A stretch of 64,000 nt of DNA from contig CAWFKQ010000001.1 in assembly GCA_963816395.1 (NCBI GenBank), positions 32,001 to 96,000 on the forward strand. Direction: 5' to 3'. Under the pieces are notes generated by a model. It was not told the origin of the DNA. It saw nothing but the letters and a program-made list of their open reading frames with translations, and did not search any database. A program made the translations under genes and the position numbers. Each line of letters begins with the position of its first letter. The stretch's first letter is position 1. This DNA comes from an uncultured delta proteobacterium. Its GTDB lineage: Bacteria > Desulfobacterota > Desulfuromonadia > Desulfuromonadales > JACZKF01. This document shows, one piece after another, positions 51,268-62,321 of this stretch.

Positions 51268-51828
51268 GTGGATACTCTTGAATCGATCAGAACCAGAAGA
51301 AGCGTTCGCAAGTTTTCCGATCGGCCGGTCGCCGAGGAAGAGCTCCAGGCGGTGCTGGAGGCGGCGCGGCTGGCTCCGTCGTGGGCGAACCTGCAGTGTT
51401 GGCGGTTCGTGGTGGTGCGGGATCCGTCCATGAAGGCAAAGATCAGCGAGCTGTCGTATCTGGAGGCATACTTCGCTCCCAAGGGATACAAGTCCAATCC
51501 TGCGCTGAAGGCCCTGGCCGAAGCTCCGGTGGTGATCGTCGCTTGTGCCGACCCTGCCGAGTCGGGAGATTTGCGGGGGCAGCAGTACTACCTGACCGAT
51601 GTCGGCATCGCGGCGGAGAACCTCATGCTTGCCGCCCACGCCCTGGGGCTGGGGAGCGTGTTCGTGGGTGTCTTCGAGGAGGAAAAACTGCGTGACGTGC
51701 TCAACATCCCCCGCAACATCCGCATCGTCGGGCTCTTCCCCCTGGGTTACCCGCAGGCGGAATCGAAGGGGGGACCGCCGAGAAAGTCGCTCGACGAGAT
51801 CGTTTTCCAGGAAAAATGGAAGGGGTAA
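51268..51828 (+). CDS. Nitroreductase family protein
   Basis: [42 protein letters not shown]. Confidence 0.93.
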   Translation: MDTLESIRTRRSVRKFSDRPVAEEELQAVLEAARLAPSWANLQCWRFVVVRDPSMKAKISELSYLEAYFAPKGYKSNPALKALAEAPVVIVACADPAESGDLRGQQYYLTDVGIAAENLMLAAHALGLGSVFVGVFEEEKLRDVLNIPRNIRIVGLFPLGYPQAESKGGPPRKSLDEIVFQEKWKG

Positions 51829-52437
51829 AACGGCGGGCAGCTGAGGGCGGGGCGGGCATTATGGCGCAGGACGGAAACGCCCGGAAAGAAATGTCTGACA
51901 GCCGGAAGGGTAAGTCCCGGAAATGACAGGGGCCTTGCCTGTATTTATCAACTGACTGAAAAATAAGTGGAAATCGGCCGCGTATAGAGGTACACTTTAC
52001 TTGCAGTACTGCAGAGGCAATCACCCATTGCAAAGGAGGTCGCCTATCGATGATATGGAAACACAATTTAATAGTTATCAGATGCACCGGCGATTTCGAT
52101 TGCCGGTATAACCCGTGATCAGGGTACGAACGAATTCACCAAAGGCCCAGCCTACCAAGTAGGCGGGCCTTTCACTTTGTGCACTGGCCACCCGAACATG
52201 CCACCCGGCGACTTCTCCCTTAATCCCATCCTTTCAGGTCTGAAAACCGGGCTTGCCGCCTCCCCTCCGCCATTACCATAGAAATCTATCCCCAAGAAGG
52301 CCGCTCCGTCTGATGTGTTTTGCTCTTCGGGGCAGCCCGGCTCGGCATCGATATGCTCGGGCCGCCGCCGGAGGAGCCCGCCTCTGCCTGAAGGCAACGA
52401 GTAGTGCAAGCTGGCCACGGAAGAGCGTCTGCGAGGG

Positions 52438-53010
52438 TCAGAGGCCGCGGATGAAGGAGAGGAGATACAACGGATTCCCGACCGTGACTTTCTCCCCGGC
52501 GCGGAAGCCGTAAGGAGTCACCAGAACCTCGAGCTCGGCGGGGGAGAGGCGGATGGTGGCGGGGGGGCCGGGGTCGCTCTCCACCTTTTCAAACTCCACG
52601 ACAACCAGCCGGCCGCCGGGGCGGATGATCCGGGCGGCCTCGCGCAGGGCGCCCTCCGCCACCCCGTCAGCCACCAGGTCGTGCAGCACGGTCGCCAGAA
52701 GGGCGACCTCGATGCCGGCGTCCGGCAGCGGCAGGCGGCCGCTCACGTCCGCCACTTCGGCCCGGATCTGGTTCAACCCCCGCTCCCGAGCCTGCTGGCG
52801 CAGGTTGGCAATCCCCTCCTCCCACAGGTCGAAGGCATGTATCGCCCCCGCCGGGCCGACGAGTTCGGCGGCGGCCAGGGCATAACTGCCCGCGCCGCAG
52901 GCGAGATCGGCCAGGATGGAAGCCTGCTGCAGACGCAGCTCGGCCAGGACCTTCTCGGGGTCGACGAGATCGAAACTGCTCTTGCCGGCGGCAATCGGAT
53001 GTCCGGACAT
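52438..53010 (-). CDS. Class I SAM-dependent methyltransferase
   Basis: ADLACGAG, VLHDL, RIIRPGGRLVVVEF. Confidence 0.88.
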   Translation of the reverse strand: MSGHPIAAGKSSFDLVDPEKVLAELRLQQASILADLACGAGSYALAAAELVGPAGAIHAFDLWEEGIANLRQQARERGLNQIRAEVADVSGRLPLPDAGIEVALLATVLHDLVADGVAEGALREAARIIRPGGRLVVVEFEKVESDPGPPATIRLSPAELEVLVTPYGFRAGEKVTVGNPLYLLSFIRGL

Positions 53011-53211
53011 GCGAAACTCCTCTCTTCCGAAAGAATACTGAAATTCTATCAGATTGAAGTAAGCCCTGAAGGAAGAAAAAATGACCTCAGCCGCCGGATC
53101 AGGACTTGGCGAGAGCGAGCGTCTCGCGGCACTCCTCGCCGGGGCGAGGGGGAAAGGGGCAAAAGCCTGCTATAAAGTAGGAGAAAAGAAAACGCGGAAA
53201 GAGGCGTGGCG

Positions 53212-54747
53212 ATGAAACAGAGGCCGGCTACTCGGCCGATCCATATAGAAGGCCGGAATGAGTACGAAGAAGAGATCCGGGCCGAGCAGGTCAAGCAGAT
53301 CTACGCCCTCGCCCCCATCGGCCTCATAGCGACTTTCCTCAACGCGCTCATTGTCTTTTACATCCTGAAAGATATCGTGCCGATTTCAATCCTGGGGAGC
53401 TGGCTGGCAGTCATCCTGTCCGTCACTTTCCTGAGAACCGGTCTTGTCTGGCGCTTCCGGCGAACCGACTTCCACCACGCGGCGGCGCCCGCCTGGGGAC
53501 GTCGCTTCAATGCCGGCCTGGTTCTCATCGGCCTGGCCTGGGGTGGACTGGGAGCCATTCCGTTCACAACCGTGCCGGTGCATTACCAGCTGTTCATCGC
53601 TTTTGTTCTCGGCGGCATGATGGCCGGGGCGGCGGCGACTTTTTCGATCCTCAAGGGGGGGTATCTCGCCTTCAGCCTCCCGACCCTCGCCCCGTTCGCC
53701 ATCCATTTCTTTCTGATAGCCGACATGCTCCATTGCGCCATGGGCGGAATGTTCGTGTTGTTCGGCGTTCTTCTCTGGCGGCTGTCGGTACACACTTACC
53801 GGGTCCACCGGACTTCGTTTCTGCTCCGCTTTGAAAACCGGGGGATGATCGAACGGCTGCAGCAGGAGATGGAACATGGCGAGGAGCTGAACCGGCAGCT
53901 GCGCACCGAAGTTGAGGCCCGAAGGCGGGCCGAGGCGGAACTGCGGGCGCAACAGCGGGATCTCGAACGGACCGTCGGGGAGCGGACCAGGGACCTGCGC
54001 CTGGCCAACGAGCAGCTGCAGGGGGCCAAGGAAGCCGCGGAAGCGGCCAATCGGGCGAAGAGTGAGTTTCTCGCCAACATGAGCCATGAAATGCGCACTC
54101 CCCTGGCCGGCGCCATGGGAATGATAAACCTGATCCTGCATATGGAAATCGGCGAGCAGCCGAAGCAGCTTCTGGAGATGGCGAAGCGCTCCGCCGATTC
54201 CCTCCTGCGCCTCATCTCCGATCTGCTGGACTTCTCCAGCCTGGAAGCCGGGGTCATCACCTTCGAGAAAAAGTTCTTTTTTCTCTCCGAGGTCATCGCG
54301 ACCGCCGTCGAGGTGGTGTCCCTCCAGGCCGCAGAAAAGGGGCTGCAGCTGTCCTGGAAAGTTGACGGGGCGGCCCCGGAGAAGCTGGCCGGGGATGCAG
54401 GGCGGCTGCGGCAGGTGCTGGTCAATCTGCTGGGCAATGCGGTCAAATTTACCCGGCAGGGGAAGGTCGAGGTGTCGGTATGCCCCTTTCACGACCCGCA
54501 GGGGGAGGAGGGGCAATTCCTGCTTTTCTCCATCCGCGACACCGGGGTCGGCATTCCCCCCGATCAGCTCGAGCGGATTTTCGGAAAGTTCACCCAGGTC
54601 GACTCCTCAAGGACGAGAAAATACGGCGGTGTCGGCCTCGGGCTGGCCCTGTCGAAACAGATCGTCGAGAGAACCGGAGGAAGAATCTGGGCCGAGAGCT
54701 GCATTGGGGAGGGAAGCGTCTTTTATTTCACCTATCCGCTGGCATAG
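53212..54747 (+). CDS. Membrane sensor histidine kinase
   Basis: Multi-TM N-terminus; FLANMSHEMRTPL, NLLGNAVKFT, DTGVGI, GVGLGL. Confidence 0.93.
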   Translation: MKQRPATRPIHIEGRNEYEEEIRAEQVKQIYALAPIGLIATFLNALIVFYILKDIVPISILGSWLAVILSVTFLRTGLVWRFRRTDFHHAAAPAWGRRFNAGLVLIGLAWGGLGAIPFTTVPVHYQLFIAFVLGGMMAGAAATFSILKGGYLAFSLPTLAPFAIHFFLIADMLHCAMGGMFVLFGVLLWRLSVHTYRVHRTSFLLRFENRGMIERLQQEMEHGEELNRQLRTEVEARRRAEAELRAQQRDLERTVGERTRDLRLANEQLQGAKEAAEAANRAKSEFLANMSHEMRTPLAGAMGMINLILHMEIGEQPKQLLEMAKRSADSLLRLISDLLDFSSLEAGVITFEKKFFFLSEVIATAVEVVSLQAAEKGLQLSWKVDGAAPEKLAGDAGRLRQVLVNLLGNAVKFTRQGKVEVSVCPFHDPQGEEGQFLLFSIRDTGVGIPPDQLERIFGKFTQVDSSRTRKYGGVGLGLALSKQIVERTGGRIWAESCIGEGSVFYFTYPLA

Positions 54748-55136
54748 GTCTCACGTTGAGATGTCAGATGCCGCCCGGCGTAGCGGTCGACCAGCGAGTA
54801 GAATCGGTGGAAATCGATCGGTTTCGTCAGGTAATCATCCATTCCGGCCGCCCGGCACAACTCCCTGTCCTGTACCCTGACGTGGGCGGTCATGGCGACG
54901 ATGGCCACATGGCCGCCTTTGGCCATTTCTTTCTTCCGGATGATGCGGGTCGCCTCCAGACCGTCCATGTCCGGCATCTGGACGTCCATAAGGATCAGGT
55001 CGAAATCGCCGCTCTCCCAGGCCTCAATGGCCCGCTGCCCGTCTTCCACGACGCGGCAGGGGATCTCCTTGACGGAAAGCATCAGCGAAACCATCTGCCG
55101 TAGGGTCGGGTCATCTTCTGCGACGAGAACATTCAT
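54732..55136 (-). CDS. Single-domain response regulator
   Basis: VLVAEDD, LILMDVQMP, AMTA, YLTKP. Confidence 0.9.
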   Translation of the reverse strand: MNVLVAEDDPTLRQMVSLMLSVKEIPCRVVEDGQRAIEAWESGDFDLILMDVQMPDMDGLEATRIIRKKEMAKGGHVAIVAMTAHVRVQDRELCRAAGMDDYLTKPIDFHRFYSLVDRYAGRHLTSQRETYASG

Positions 55137-55322
55137 TGCTGCACGTTTTGTTCACGGTGGTCTTTCGTCGGCCGCAGGCTTGCTTGTCGCCAATGACAAA
55201 AGCTGCGCGTGGCGGATTGCTATTGAATTCCATTATCAACAATCGCGCAGGAAAAGAACAGCCCCCCTGCACCACGGGCGGAGCACCGGGGGGGCCGTGG
55301 GGCCGTGGGGGCGTGCGGGCGC

Positions 55323-55823
55323 TCAGGAAGAGTGGCGCGGACTCTCCTCCGCCACCTGCCGGTCCAAACGGTTGTCGAGTTCGCCGATGTAGGCGGCGAG
55401 GGAGTTCCCCGCCTGCTCGACCGCCGCGCGCAGGTCCCGGTCGAGCTGTTCCAGCCGCGCCAGCATCTCCGCCTGCCCCTGGCCGGCCTGCTCGCGGAGT
55501 TCCAGCACCCTGGCTTCGAGCAGGGTTCGCAGCTCGGTGAAACGCGAAGTTTCGGCCTTATCGGCCAGCTCGCGCTGCGCCTGCAGTTCGCGCGTATGCC
55601 GTCTGGCTTCAACGAGAACAGACGTCCGCAGGAAGACCACCGTCACCACGCACATCAGGGTGATCAGCCCGGTGAGGCCGAGCATGATCAAGCCGAGCGG
55701 CGCCTCGACCGTGGTGACCAGGAGCGACAAAGTCATCGGCGCGGTAAAGGCGGCCCAGTTGACTGCGGCGAAGATGGCGGTTGCGATCAAGACCAGCAAA
55801 AACAACACCACTCGAAGATTCAT
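55323..55823 (-). CDS. LapA/DUF1049-like membrane protein with coiled coil
   Basis: FAAVNW...LSLL...EAPLGLIML; ADKAETSRFTELR. Confidence 0.75.
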   Translation of the reverse strand: MNLRVVLFLLVLIATAIFAAVNWAAFTAPMTLSLLVTTVEAPLGLIMLGLTGLITLMCVVTVVFLRTSVLVEARRHTRELQAQRELADKAETSRFTELRTLLEARVLELREQAGQGQAEMLARLEQLDRDLRAAVEQAGNSLAAYIGELDNRLDRQVAEESPRHSS

Positions 55824-55899
55824 CCTTGACCCTCCTGGCAAGCTCGAAATGACGAATTTTCTTGATCTGCATTATACTCCAATCTTTGAACTTTTTGCC

Positions 55900-56539
55900 T
55901 CAGAGACGACTGGCCAGCAGCCAGGCGTAGATCCTGTCGGCTCCATAGGCGGAGGTCGCTGTACCGACATGATCGAGTCCCTCATCCAGGTAGACGCGGT
56001 CCTCCGAACCGGAGGTCCCGACCGGTTTCAGACGCAGGCGATCCATGAACTGCCGGCGGCCATATCGCGATGCCTGCCCCGAGGAAAACCAGACGGGTAG
56101 TCCCGGGTCTTCCACCGGCACGCGCGTCGGGTCCACCGGCCACAATGCCGCCCACGGCGGCCCCGCCAGGAGCGCCAGATCGAAGACTCCGTTGCCGCCG
56201 AAGCTGAAGCCGGTCAGATAGGTCCGCCGCGGGTCCCCGCCGCGGCCGGAGTGCACCTGTCTGATGATTTCCAGGACCGCGGCTGGCATGGAAACGCCAG
56301 AGATCCCCCCGGGCGGGGAGCTGCGGCGCCACCACAATGAATTCTCCGGTGGCGCGCGGGGAGCTGCCGGGTCGCAGGGGGCCGTGGCGGGTAATCCCCG
56401 TGTAAATATCGGTGGGCGGCCCCTCATCCAGCCCGTGGAGAAAGCAGAGAACGGGGCGTTTTGCCGGGACTTCTCCCGGCGGCAGGGAAAGCAGGTAGGG
56501 CAGAGCGCCACTTTCGACGAGTTGCAGTTCTCGTTTCAT
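55900..56539 (-). CDS. Alpha/beta hydrolase (predicted peptidase/esterase), frameshifted
   Basis: PVLCFLHG, FIVVAPQ, YLTGFSFGG nucleophile motif, distal H. Confidence 0.75.
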
Positions 56540-57464
56540 CTCTTCCCTCGGAATGGAGCCGTCCTGGAAATATAAGGTGAGGGCCCGGAAAATACCAGAG
56601 GCGGGGTGCCCGGCCATTATTGAAGTGGTGCGATCGCGCGCGTCTTCCCAATTTGACATATCCTTTCCATTCGCTATGTTGTCTGTTTCGTTTTTCTCCG
56701 GTTCTCTTTGTTATTGAATTCTTCCTTAGCAATCACCCTATATAAGACAAAACCATTCAAGTCAAACGCCGGTAGGCCTTCGTAAATTCCAAGCATTTTT
56801 ATGTTTCCTCTGGTTAATTATGGGCCTCATTTATAATTAGTAAATATAAATAAAACCGGAAGGCCATTCCATCATATCAACCCGATTTTAATTAGTAAAA
56901 TTCCGATTTTTATCCATTTCCACCGTGTTTGACTTTTATTTTGACGAATATATACTGACCAGCGAAAGGGTAGATTTAATAAATTTATTTATTAAATAAT
57001 CCATAAAAATTAAAAATAATAAGTTAATTCAATTCAGACGTATAGGATGTTGGTTGCAAGTTTATGGCCATCGGTTCAGGTTCTATGTTCACACTATCAT
57101 TCATCCAAAATTCAGCTATAGGAGCAGAAAAGGCGAAGCCGGAATCGACCCAGGGCGCCAACTTCCCCATGCTGCGAGCGAGCGCAGCATGCGGCTCCAC
57201 AACAGCCCGGCCTGCCTTGCGGCAGGTGCGCATGGAGTCAAACAGGCGGGGCTTTAATGGCGGATATGGCGACGGAAGGTGCGGGCAGGTCCCCTACCAC
57301 CGGTCGGCCGGAGGTGAACTTTCAGCAGACGAACGGGCTGGAACCAAGCAGAGATCTCGATTTACAACCCTCCTCCATGGGAAAGCCCGTCCTGATTTCT
57401 TCCATAGGAGTTGAGTTGCGATGAAGTACCTCGGGTGGAAGCATTTGCACGAAAGGAGAATGGC

Positions 57465-58079
57465 ATGAAACGCATCGCGATTTTTACAGCATTGGTCTTC
57501 GCTTCCGGCCTCTTCCTGGCCGGCGATATTCTCGCCCAGCAGCGGGGCAATGTCGGACAGGCACCTGGACAGGCCGGCATGCAGGAGCGTTATCAGGAGC
57601 AGGCCCAGGGGACCGGGACCGTGCTGACCATCAGCCCGGCCCAGCTGCGCATGATTCAGCAGCGGCTGAATCAACTTGGCTATAACACCGGTCAGGTGAA
57701 CGGCAACTGGGATCAGCAGACCGCCCAAGCGGTCCAGAACTACCAGAAGGCCGCCGGCCTCGAACCGACCGGCCATGTGAACACCAACTTCCTGCAGTCA
57801 ATCGGGCTTGGTAACCTGCTGGCCGGCGGCGTCAGTGGTCAGCAACAGCAATTTTACGGCCAGGCTCCGCAGTTCGGCGGACAGCAGCAGGGCTATCAGG
57901 GGATCCCGCAGCAAGGCTTCCAAGGCCAGGGTCAGCAGGGTTTCCAGGGCCAGCAGGGCGGTTTCCAGGGACAGCAGGGTTATCAAGGACAGCAGGGACA
58001 GCAGGGGTACCAAGGACAGCAGGGACAGCAGGGTTATCAAGGACAGCAGGGACAGCAAGGCGGCAATCAGAACCAATAA
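57465..58079 (+). CDS. Secreted peptidoglycan-binding protein with Gln/Gly-rich repetitive tail
   Basis: AAAGGAG RBS, signal peptide, IQQRLNQLGY..G...G.W...T.QAV.NYQKA.GL.PTG; (QGYQGQQGQ)x3. Confidence 0.85.
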   Translation: MKRIAIFTALVFASGLFLAGDILAQQRGNVGQAPGQAGMQERYQEQAQGTGTVLTISPAQLRMIQQRLNQLGYNTGQVNGNWDQQTAQAVQNYQKAAGLEPTGHVNTNFLQSIGLGNLLAGGVSGQQQQFYGQAPQFGGQQQGYQGIPQQGFQGQGQQGFQGQQGGFQGQQGYQGQQGQQGYQGQQGQQGYQGQQGQQGGNQNQ

Positions 58080-58149
58080 TTGCCCCTTTTCTGCAGGAAT
58101 TCATGGAACCAACTTTCAACTAGGCAAATGCAAAATCCACCCGATTACA

Positions 58150-58180
58150 TTCAGCCGGGATTTGTCCCGGCTTTTATTTT
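58150..58180 (+). terminator. Terminator hairpin
   Basis: AGCCGGGA-tttg-TCCCGGCTTTTATTTT. Confidence 0.7.
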
Positions 58181-58328
58181 AAATTGGCCTCTGGTTTTTA
58201 TCGGTGGCTGCTTGCGCGTTTCGAACATATGCTGGTCGCGCAGGTGGTTCCAGGAACTGCGCCTGCCGTAGTCCATGGTGTGGTAGTAGCGTTCGGCGCA
58301 GGCGGGCGATGCAGGCCGCGGCCGTGCC

Positions 58329-59111
58329 CTACAGCCCTTCCAGAAATTCCACCAGCGCATCCTCGGCGTCCTCTTTCTCCGGCGCGACCATGGTGATCCC
58401 CCACTGGGCAAGGACGGCTTCCTGCACCGGATTGCTCTTTGGCGAGAAGAGCCACGAGCGCGGCCGCACGCCGGTCGATTCGAAACGGCGCCAGGCCTTG
58501 GCCAGCTTGTAGAAGAGCAGGCGCAGATTGATGTCCGAGAGGCTGTAGCCGATGAACAGGACGGAGCGGGCCAGGGCGTCGGCGCGCAGCTTGATATCCA
58601 GCGGGCTTTCGAACTCCAGCCGTTCGAAAAAGCTGGTCTCGTTTACCGTCAGGGACGATTCGTCGTCGAAATCGCCGTGATACTTGACGATCTGGGTGAC
58701 CCCTTCGCGCACCTTCACCAGGTCGCGGACGGTGACGATCTTGACGTAGGATCGTTGGTAATGGTCGAAGGCCTTCTCCAGCCAGCGGTCGTAGTTGGTG
58801 GTGTAGATGAGGGGAAAGTCGAGTTCGACGATCAGGCGGTGGGCGGGGGAGGTGGCCACGTCCCGGCCGGCATGCCAGGTCTCATCCATCCACTCGACCA
58901 GGGGGCGCAGGTTCCCCTGGCGCAGGCGGTAGAATTCGGCGAGCGCCAGATAATGGCCGAGGCCGATGAACTGGTCGGGAGGAAAGCCGAGGTCCTCCCC
59001 CATCTTCCGCATCAGGTCCTCCCAGGACGGCAGCCCCAGGTTCATCGATACTCCGGCGCCGACGAAGAGGATGATCTCGCGGCTGCGCACCGCTTGCCGC
59101 AGGCGGTTCAC
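58329..59111 (-). CDS. Stand-alone SIR2-like (SIR2_2) domain protein
   Basis: LFVGAGVS..LGLPSW, YTTNYD, KYHGD, LFIGYSLSD.N. Confidence 0.88.
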   Translation of the reverse strand: MNRLRQAVRSREIILFVGAGVSMNLGLPSWEDLMRKMGEDLGFPPDQFIGLGHYLALAEFYRLRQGNLRPLVEWMDETWHAGRDVATSPAHRLIVELDFPLIYTTNYDRWLEKAFDHYQRSYVKIVTVRDLVKVREGVTQIVKYHGDFDDESSLTVNETSFFERLEFESPLDIKLRADALARSVLFIGYSLSDINLRLLFYKLAKAWRRFESTGVRPRSWLFSPKSNPVQEAVLAQWGITMVAPEKEDAEDALVEFLEGL

Positions 59112-59360
59112 GTCGTCTCCTCCCGCATTCGTCTCACTAAACAGTTATCACATCCCGCTCCGCATTCCACTGCGACCGCTGCTGGCAGACCGGGCAGATC
59201 GGGGGCGCCACTGCCAACCGCCGGGGGATCGGCTTCGCATACCCTTTTGCCGCCGTTTTCAGTATAATGTGCGCGCCAGTTGAATGATCTTCCGTATCGC
59301 GCCCGGCCGCCCCGATTCTTTATGCCGCCAGTCCCCCAGCCCGACTCCTGAGGATTAATC

Positions 59361-60086
59361 ATGGCCCTGCCCTGGAAAACGCTCGACCGATTCACCACCG
59401 AAGACGAGGGAATCCTCGAACTGCGCCAGCGCGGCGAGGGGGATTTCCTCATCACCCTCGGCCCCCAGGTGCTGATGAACAGTAAGGCGCAGCGCTCCGA
59501 AATCGCTCTCGGTAGACTCGGCTGCCGCGGGCTGCGGAGCCGGCCCAGCCCGCGGGTGCTGGTCGGCGGGCTGGGGATGGGGATCACCCTGCGGGCGGTG
59601 CTCGATACCCTGCCGGAAACCGCCCGGGTCATCGTCGCCGAGCTCAACCCCCGGATCCTCGAGTGGTGCCGCGGCCCGCTCGCCGAGCTGACCGGCGGGG
59701 CGGCCAGCGACCCGCGGGTCACGGTCGAGATCGCCGACGTTGCCGACCTGATCCGCCGCTCGGCCGGCGAAGGCTTCGACGCGATCATCCTCGACCTCTA
59801 CCGCGGTCCGCACCCCCGGACCGATCGCCGCGACGACCCGATCTACGGCAGCCGCGCCATCGGGCGCACCCGGGCTGCGCTCAAGCCCGGCGGGATCTTT
59901 GCGGTGTGGGGGGAAAACCCGGACGCCGGCTTCGAAGAGCGTCTGGCCGCCGGCGGCTTCACGGTGCGCTGCGAGAGACCCGGCAGGGGCGGGTACCGCC
60001 ATGCCGTCTGGGTGGCCGAGAAGAAGGGCGCCGGGAAACCGGATGTCGAGCTGCCGAGGTCACGGGGAACGGGGCCGCGAAACTGA
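59361..60086 (+). CDS. Spermidine synthase-like SAM-binding protein
   Basis: LMNS...SE.AL, VLVGGLGMG.TL, FDAIILD..GP, LKPGG.FAVW. Confidence 0.85.
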   Translation: MALPWKTLDRFTTEDEGILELRQRGEGDFLITLGPQVLMNSKAQRSEIALGRLGCRGLRSRPSPRVLVGGLGMGITLRAVLDTLPETARVIVAELNPRILEWCRGPLAELTGGAASDPRVTVEIADVADLIRRSAGEGFDAIILDLYRGPHPRTDRRDDPIYGSRAIGRTRAALKPGGIFAVWGENPDAGFEERLAAGGFTVRCERPGRGGYRHAVWVAEKKGAGKPDVELPRSRGTGPRN

Positions 60087-60111
60087 CTGGAAGGAAGGCT
60101 GCCGGCCGCCC

Positions 60112-61698
60112 CTAGTGGCCGCCGGGCGGCGGCCGGGTTTTGACCCGTTTCAGCAGGAGGGTGAAGCCGATGCAGGCCAGGGCGATGATCGCCAGGGTGC
60201 GGAAGCTGCCCATGAAGGCCAGCAGCCGGGACTGCCGCTGCAGCCCTTCGTAGATCAGTCCCAGTGCCTTCTGGTGAGCGGCGGCCGGGTTGCTGTGGAG
60301 CGACAGGTAATGCTGCAGTTCCTGCAGGCGCTGCTGGTAGTCGGGATTTTCCGGGGTGATGTGGGCGGCCAGGAATGACTGGTGGGCCTGCGTCTGGCGG
60401 GCGATGAAGGTCTGGAAGAGGGAGATGCCGAAGCTGCCGCCGATGTTGCGCATCAGGTTGAAAACGCCGCTGGCGTTGCCCATTTCGCTCTGCGGCAGGG
60501 TCCCCATGGCCACCGCCGACAGCGGCACGAAAACCATCGCCAGTCCCACGCCGGTGACGATGGAGGGCCAGGCGATCTCCCACATGGAGATCTCCAGGTT
60601 GAGTCCGCCGATCAGCCACATGGATACCGCGACCAGGAGAAATCCGCTGGCGATCAGCCGGCGGAAATCGATCACCCCGGTAAGATAGCCGACCACGGGC
60701 ATTGTCATCAGGGCGCCGAGCCCGCGCGTCGCCACCGCCACCCCGCTTTGCAGGGCGGTGTAGCCCATCAGGGTCTGCAGGAACAGCGGGATCAGGGTGA
60801 TGGCGCTGTAGAGGACCACCCCCACCAGGGTGATGAGCAGGGTGCCGGCGGCGAAGTTGCGGTCGCGAAAGACCCGCAGGTTGACGATGGGATCTTCCGC
60901 CATCAGTTCCCGGAAAATGAACAGGATCAGGGACAGCGCGCTGATGACCGCGAACCAGCGGATCCAGGCGGCGGAAAACCAGTCGTCCTGCTGCCCCTTG
61001 TCGAGGATGATCTGCAGCGTCCCCAGCGTCAGGGCCATGAGGCCGAAGCCGATGCTGTCGATGTGCCCCGTCCGGGCTCGGCGGATGTAGGGCGGATCCT
61101 CGATGAAGGTCTGGATCATGAGGACCGCCAGCACCCCCACCGGGATGTTGATGTAGAACGCCCAGCGCCACGAATAGTTGTCGGTGAGCCAGCCGCCCAG
61201 GGTCGGCCCGACGATGGGGGCGACCACCACCCCCAGGCCGAAGGCGGCCATAGCCATGCCGCGCTTTTCGGGGGGGAAGCTCTCCAGGAGGATGGCCTGG
61301 GAGAGGGGCTGCAGGGCGCCGCCGCCGGCCCCCTGGATGATCCGGGCGACGACCAGCATGCCGAGCGAGACGGCCGCGCCGCTGAGGAAAGAGGCCAGGG
61401 TGAAGAGGGCGATGCAGGCGATGAGGAAGCGCTTGCGGCCGAAGTAGTTGGCAAGCCAGCCGCTGGCCGGCAGGATGATGGCGTTGGCGACCAGGTAGCT
61501 GGTGAGCACCCAGGAGGCCTCGTCGGTGCTCGCCGAGAGGCTGCCGGCGATGTGCGGCAGCGCCACCGAGGCGATGGTGGTGTCGAGGACCTCCATGAAG
61601 GTGGGGAGCATCACCGCGGCGGTGATCAGCCAGGGGTTGAAGCTCGGGGTCCAGTCCTTTGCTTCCGTGCCGGCGGCCGCCGGTTCCGTTTCGTTCAT
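60112..61698 (-). CDS. DHA2 family MFS efflux permease (second EmrB paralog)
   Basis: DTTIASVALPHI, WVLTSYL, WRWAFYIN, LDKGQQDDWF, NLMRNIGGS. Confidence 0.93.
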   Translation of the reverse strand: MNETEPAAAGTEAKDWTPSFNPWLITAAVMLPTFMEVLDTTIASVALPHIAGSLSASTDEASWVLTSYLVANAIILPASGWLANYFGRKRFLIACIALFTLASFLSGAAVSLGMLVVARIIQGAGGGALQPLSQAILLESFPPEKRGMAMAAFGLGVVVAPIVGPTLGGWLTDNYSWRWAFYINIPVGVLAVLMIQTFIEDPPYIRRARTGHIDSIGFGLMALTLGTLQIILDKGQQDDWFSAAWIRWFAVISALSLILFIFRELMAEDPIVNLRVFRDRNFAAGTLLITLVGVVLYSAITLIPLFLQTLMGYTALQSGVAVATRGLGALMTMPVVGYLTGVIDFRRLIASGFLLVAVSMWLIGGLNLEISMWEIAWPSIVTGVGLAMVFVPLSAVAMGTLPQSEMGNASGVFNLMRNIGGSFGISLFQTFIARQTQAHQSFLAAHITPENPDYQQRLQELQHYLSLHSNPAAAHQKALGLIYEGLQRQSRLLAFMGSFRTLAIIALACIGFTLLLKRVKTRPPPGGH

Positions 61699-62021
61699 GA
61701 TTCTCACCGCCGGCTTGGCCGGCCTGACGATGGCAGCTCCGCGGCGTCTCACCACATTGCTTCCGGTCTTCGGCCCCCCTTGAGACCGTCTCCTACAACC
61801 CTATTGTAGCAGCGCGGCAAGGCAAGCCTCCGCCCCCATCGCCGCGGAGATTTCAGGCATCGCGGAGAAGGCAGGGGCGGGGACCCGGATCTTTTCTTGA
61901 CGCCAATGGGATCCACAGGGAGAATGGGGCTGCCCCTGCATCACGGCAGGCCGTCATGGCCCAAAACGGCCGCGGAAAAACCGGGAAGTTGAGCTGCCCG
62001 GGCAATGGAGAGAGGGCTTTG

Positions 62022-62237
62022 ATGATGGAATTCGACCTGGAAGGACGCGAGTTCGTCGAACTGAACAAACTGCTGAAGCTGACCGGACTCTGTCCCAGCG
62101 GCGGTTCCGCCAAAATGGCGATCGCCGAAGGGCGCGTCAGCGTCGACGGCCTCGTGGAACTGCGCAAGCGCTGCAAGATCCGCCCCGGCCAGGTCGTTGA
62201 ATTCGAGGGGCAGCGGACCATTGTCGGTGGACAGTGA
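62022..62237 (+). CDS. S4-domain RNA-binding protein (YbcJ/YaaA-like)
   Basis: VELNKLLKL.GL..SGG.AK..I.EG.V.VDG.VE.RKRCKIRPG. Confidence 0.9.
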   Translation: MMEFDLEGREFVELNKLLKLTGLCPSGGSAKMAIAEGRVSVDGLVELRKRCKIRPGQVVEFEGQRTIVGGQ

Positions 62238-62321
62238 CAACAATTGCACCTGCCCCGGCGCTCGTTCTTTTCAGCGGGTATTCGCCCCGGCGGCCCCGCT
62301 TTTCCCGAACCAGGAATCTCC

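Noticed and set aside
57128..57225. c-di-GMP-I/GEMM-like riboswitch upstream of the Gln-rich gene
   Set aside because: Ends resemble GEMM (AAAGGC...ACAGCCCGGCCTGCC), but the GNRA-capped stem and GCAAAG/GGAAAG junction are missing; needs an Infernal scan.
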